Of a DNA stretch of 32,000 bases, positions 28,895 to 32,000 are shown piece by piece (within the stretch, counting starts at the first letter, position 1; each line of letters begins with the position of its first letter). The stretch comes from Desulfolithobacter dissulfuricans (GTDB lineage: Bacteria > Desulfobacterota > Desulfobulbia > Desulfobulbales > Desulfobulbaceae), in assembly GCF_025998535.1 (NCBI RefSeq), contig NZ_AP024233.1:1369219-1401218 (forward strand), given 5' to 3'. The position numbers and the translations under genes were made by a program. Below the pieces are notes generated by a model. The model was not told where the DNA came from and did no database searches. It worked only from the letters and a program-made list of their open reading frames with translations.

Positions 28895-29482
28895 CAGGAG
28901 TTTATAGAATCCTCCATACTTTTTCATTAAAATGACGGTATTCCAGAGTGATAAATCTATATTTCCTGTAAGACCCCGTGTGCCAGGCGAAGCTCTGGCG
29001 AATCTGGTGGCTGCGATGCCACCCGCGGTAATTGCCTGTTCACCGCGAAATCGCCGACCCGGCGTGTAGGGGTAACCCGAATCGTCAAGCAGGGTCGGAA
29101 AAGGCCGTAAGGTCAGATAGAGTATAGGCCGTAACATCTGTGAACTCGATTCGGCCTCGTTACACATTTGGCGGCGGCGACCCTCCGAGGTCATGGGGAA
29201 GCCAGTCATTGACGCGATGAGACAACAGGAGCGTTGCGTTGGGCCGCCCGGGGTGTTTGGAGATGGCATGTACTCAAGGGAGCGCCAGGGAACCTGGGAG
29301 ACCCGGCGGGACGGGCAGGGCAGCAGATAGCCCGAGTCCAAACGCTGGAGGGGAATGCATAACCCTCTGTGCGGTCCCGGCCGGGAGTCGGACCTGCCCA
29401 TAGTAGTGTTGAAGCGGGGTAACTCCCGTGGAGCGAAGGGGCAGGACTTTGATCGTGTTTCTGACAATGGAGGAAGTCCCGC

Positions 29483-30841
29483 TTGGAGTACACATGTTTG
29501 TCTCCCACTACGGATAAACGGGCAGGGCAGGAGTTCGGCCTGAGCCCGAAGGTCTCCCTCTTGCGAAAGAAACTGGGCCACAAGGCCAAGCAGGAACCGG
29601 AGTTTCGATTCTATGCCCTGTACGACCGGGTGTATCGCCTAGATGTACTGCAAAGTGCCTGGAACCGGGTTTACGCCAATCGAGGCGCTGCCGGGGTGGA
29701 TGGAGTAAGCCTTGCGTCCATCAAGGAGAGTTCGGAAGGTGTAGCAGGCCTGCTGCAAACAATACAGCAGGAATTGAAGGATAAGACCTACCGGCCCATG
29801 CCGGTAAAACGGGTCTATATCCCAAAGGCGAATGGAAAGATGCGTCCGCTGGGTATCCCGACCGTCAAGGATCGGGTTGTACAGATGGCGGTCCTGTTGA
29901 TCCTGGAGCCGATTTTCGAGGCAGACTTTGAGGACTGCTCGTACGGATTCCGCCCGGGCCTTAAGGCCCATGATGCTCTCGCCGCGATTCGGCAGGCGCT
30001 CAAGGCGGGATTTACTGAAGTCCTGGATGCGGATCTGAGCAGCTACTTTGACACGATTGACCATGGCAAACTGATGCAATGCCTGGAGCGTCGAATAGCT
30101 GACCGATCCGTTTTGAAGCTGATCAGGATGTGGTTGAAAAGCGATATCGTTGAAGAGGATGGGCAGGGCGGTCGCAAGATCACTCGCTCCCGCAAGGGTA
30201 CGCCACAGGGTGGAGTCATCTCGCCTCTGCTGGCCAACATCTTTCTCCATGAATTCGACCAACGCTTTCACAGCCCGGAAGGTCCCCGCAATTTTGCCAA
30301 CGCAAGGCTGGTACGATATGCCGACGACTGGGTTATCATGGCTCGGTACATCGGACCTCGCATTCACGCCTTTGTTGACAAGACGCTGGGGGAACTCGAC
30401 CTGATCCTGAATCGGAACAAGACAACCATAGTTAACTTGAAAGATCCCGGCAGTAGTTTTGATTTCCTTGGATTTACGTTCCGCTTTGATCGCAGTCTGT
30501 ACGGAGCGGGTCGGTATTTGAACATTGTCCCTTCTGCCAAGAGCCTGAAACGGGCGCGGGAGAGGATACATGCTCTGACGATTCGCAGGATTCAAGAGCC
30601 GGTAGAAAAAGTAATTGATCAGGTCAATCGATTTCTGATTGGCTGGGGCAACTACTTTTCCTTCGGATACCCGAAGGTGTCGTTCAAGAAGATTGATTGG
30701 TACGTGCAGACCCGGTTCAGTCGCTTTATGAGGACACGGAGCCACCGGCACTGCCGGCACCTTGATGGACCGTCGTTGTACAAGGCGCTTATGTCCAAGG
30801 GGCTGGTCTATCTGCATAAAAGAGCCGTCAACTCCCTGTGA
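29483..30841 (+). CDS. ltrA: Group II intron-encoded reverse transcriptase/maturase
   Basis: [58 protein letters not shown], maturase domain [31 protein letters not shown]. Confidence 0.96.
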   Translation: MEYTCLSPTTDKRAGQEFGLSPKVSLLRKKLGHKAKQEPEFRFYALYDRVYRLDVLQSAWNRVYANRGAAGVDGVSLASIKESSEGVAGLLQTIQQELKDKTYRPMPVKRVYIPKANGKMRPLGIPTVKDRVVQMAVLLILEPIFEADFEDCSYGFRPGLKAHDALAAIRQALKAGFTEVLDADLSSYFDTIDHGKLMQCLERRIADRSVLKLIRMWLKSDIVEEDGQGGRKITRSRKGTPQGGVISPLLANIFLHEFDQRFHSPEGPRNFANARLVRYADDWVIMARYIGPRIHAFVDKTLGELDLILNRNKTTIVNLKDPGSSFDFLGFTFRFDRSLYGAGRYLNIVPSAKSLKRARERIHALTIRRIQEPVEKVIDQVNRFLIGWGNYFSFGYPKVSFKKIDWYVQTRFSRFMRTRSHRHCRHLDGPSLYKALMSKGLVYLHKRAVNSL

Positions 30842-30867
30842 ATGCCTTGAGGCGAGAGATCATCGGA

Positions 30868-30901
30868 GAGCCGGATGCGGTAAAACCGCACGTCCGGTTC
30901 G
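30868..30901 (+). ncRNA. Group II intron domain V
   Basis: 34-nt GAGCCGGATGCGGTAAAACCGCACGTCCGGTTCG folds as a standard DV hairpin, 26 nt after the maturase stop. Confidence 0.93.
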
Positions 30902-31003
30902 ACGAGGGGGCGCTGTCCGCAATGAGACCTCCTCTGATATGTAGTAGCCGCGTGCGGCAGGGCATAGTCGTTGAAGATCATTGTTGACAGCGCTCTACTC
31001 TAC

Positions 31004-32000
31004 ACCGGCTATTTTCCATCCAAATGCCCGCATAATATCAGCCTGAGCCTCGTCCGGTTCTTCCAGCATACGTACGGCTTTCCTTTTTCCGGGTAACCAC
31101 AGAAGGCAGGAGTGCAAATTGCCCATATGGCGCATAGCTGCCTTGGCTGTCATGTTAACACCTGCCTTCCTGAGCCTTAATTCGATGATGCGCAGGAGTG
31201 CCAGGGCTGCTATGCAGGTGAAGATGTGGCACCTGATCTTGCTGTCAGTCCAATGACGTACCGGCCTGAGCGCCACCTGTGACTCATCTTTTGTCAGCCG
31301 GAAAGCATCCTCAACAGTCCAGCGGTCCAGGCTTGCCTGGACGATTTCATCGGTTGACCAGTCGGTTATATTGGTAATGATGATATTCTTGCCAAACCGG
31401 TCAATATAGCGCCCAATCCGGTAATGGTTCTTTCGAAAATTCATTCTGAGCCGCTTGTCTGTAACATAAAATTCAACCTTGTACAGGTCTGACGGGATGT
31501 GCAACTCCGAGCAGATGTCCATGTACCGCTTGAGAACAACTGATTGCTTACGCCAGTACGGGGCCTGCCTGTTGACCCTGGATTGAAATTCAAACAGGGT
31601 ATCCTGAAGGCGAAGCATCTTTTTTTCAAAGGCGTAACGCTGTTTTGCGGCCGTCAGTGGATTGTATGTAACCACCACTGTGCGCTTCCGCCCCAGTATT
31701 CACCTTGAGTCCGCCAGGCCAGCAACCGGTCATCTTCTCTGCCCTTTTGAGCAAGTTTCCGGTTTTTCCGAGTATCAACAGGCTTGAATCTGTCCAGATC
31801 GACATGGACAAGATGGTCAGCATAATGGGTTGAATATGTGGTGATAAAGTTGACACCTTCCCTGGCATCGATGGCGGCGATATTATCCTCACTGTTCATT
31901 CCCTTGTCAAAGACAACGGTCAAGGCACCATCTTCCCCAGCAGAGTCGCGCATGACCCTGAACATATCCTCCATGGTCTGAAGAAACATTTTTGAGTCGT
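31004..32000 (-). pseudogene. IS1634-family transposase, copy 2: 3' end severed by the intron, frameshifted at about 31690-31694, 5' end outside the window
   Basis: 30995-31678 and 31654-31989 on the minus strand are the two halves of one ORF. Copy 1 reads CTGGGGGCGG, copy 2 reads CTGGGGCGG. Confidence 0.92.

Larger units (their letters stand above)
28978..31003 (+). mobile_element. Group II intron (2026 nt) inserted in IS1634-like copy 2
   Basis: Starts GTGTGCCAGGCG (5' GUGYG) and ends CTCTACTCTAC. Exons CCTGTAAGACCCC | ACCGGCTATTTTCC match the uninterrupted reverse complement in copy 1 (about 25032-25058) with no gain or loss of bases. Confidence 0.95.
28895..32000 (-). mobile_element. IS1634-like element, copy 2; right TIR at 28895, other end beyond the window; carries a group II intron
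   Basis: CAGGAGTTTATAGAATCCTCCATACTTTTTCATTAAAATGACGG is the exact reverse complement of the copy 1 right end. The transposase sequence resumes at 31004. Confidence 0.92.

Noticed and set aside
29483-30841. Reverse transcriptase considered as a retron, DGR or anti-phage RT
   Set aside because: The ORF is bounded by a canonical group II intron 5' end, domain V and 3' end, with exact exon junctions and a maturase domain. No template/variable repeats or retron msr-msd features are evident.

Overview
Transposon-saturated accessory window; the gene content looks deltaproteobacterial or otherwise anaerobic, but that is inference. Non-mobile content: (i) the 3' part of a glycyl radical enzyme (GCVE and RVSGY motifs), a small SCP2-like ORF and a radical-SAM activase, all translationally coupled (3-2520); (ii) a peptidoglycan-binding/M15 peptidase gene broken by an in-frame TGA and an IS4-like element; (iii) a DUF6765-like ORF; (iv) an amidohydrolase; (v) two hypothetical membrane/secreted proteins, one of them hit by an IS21 element; (vi) a PAS-PAS-histidine kinase-receiver gene cut into three pieces; (vii) a putative cysteine-peptidase-like ORF hit by two elements. 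Mobile content: one IS4-like, two related inverted IS21 elements, one IS66, a second type of IS21-like element, a 1.76-kb DDE element (IS4/ISNCY-like), an ISL3 element interrupted by an IS1634-like element, and a second IS1634-like copy that carries a complete 2026-nt group II intron. Most boundaries were resolved by eye from terminal inverted repeats plus target-site duplications, and in silico excision restores the interrupted reading frames. No tRNA, rRNA, CRISPR array or recognisable defence system was seen. The strongest observations are the Russian-doll insertions, the exactly reconstructable three-part kinase, the precisely bounded intron with an apparently enlarged domain VI, and the small coupled ORF between the glycyl radical enzyme and its activase.
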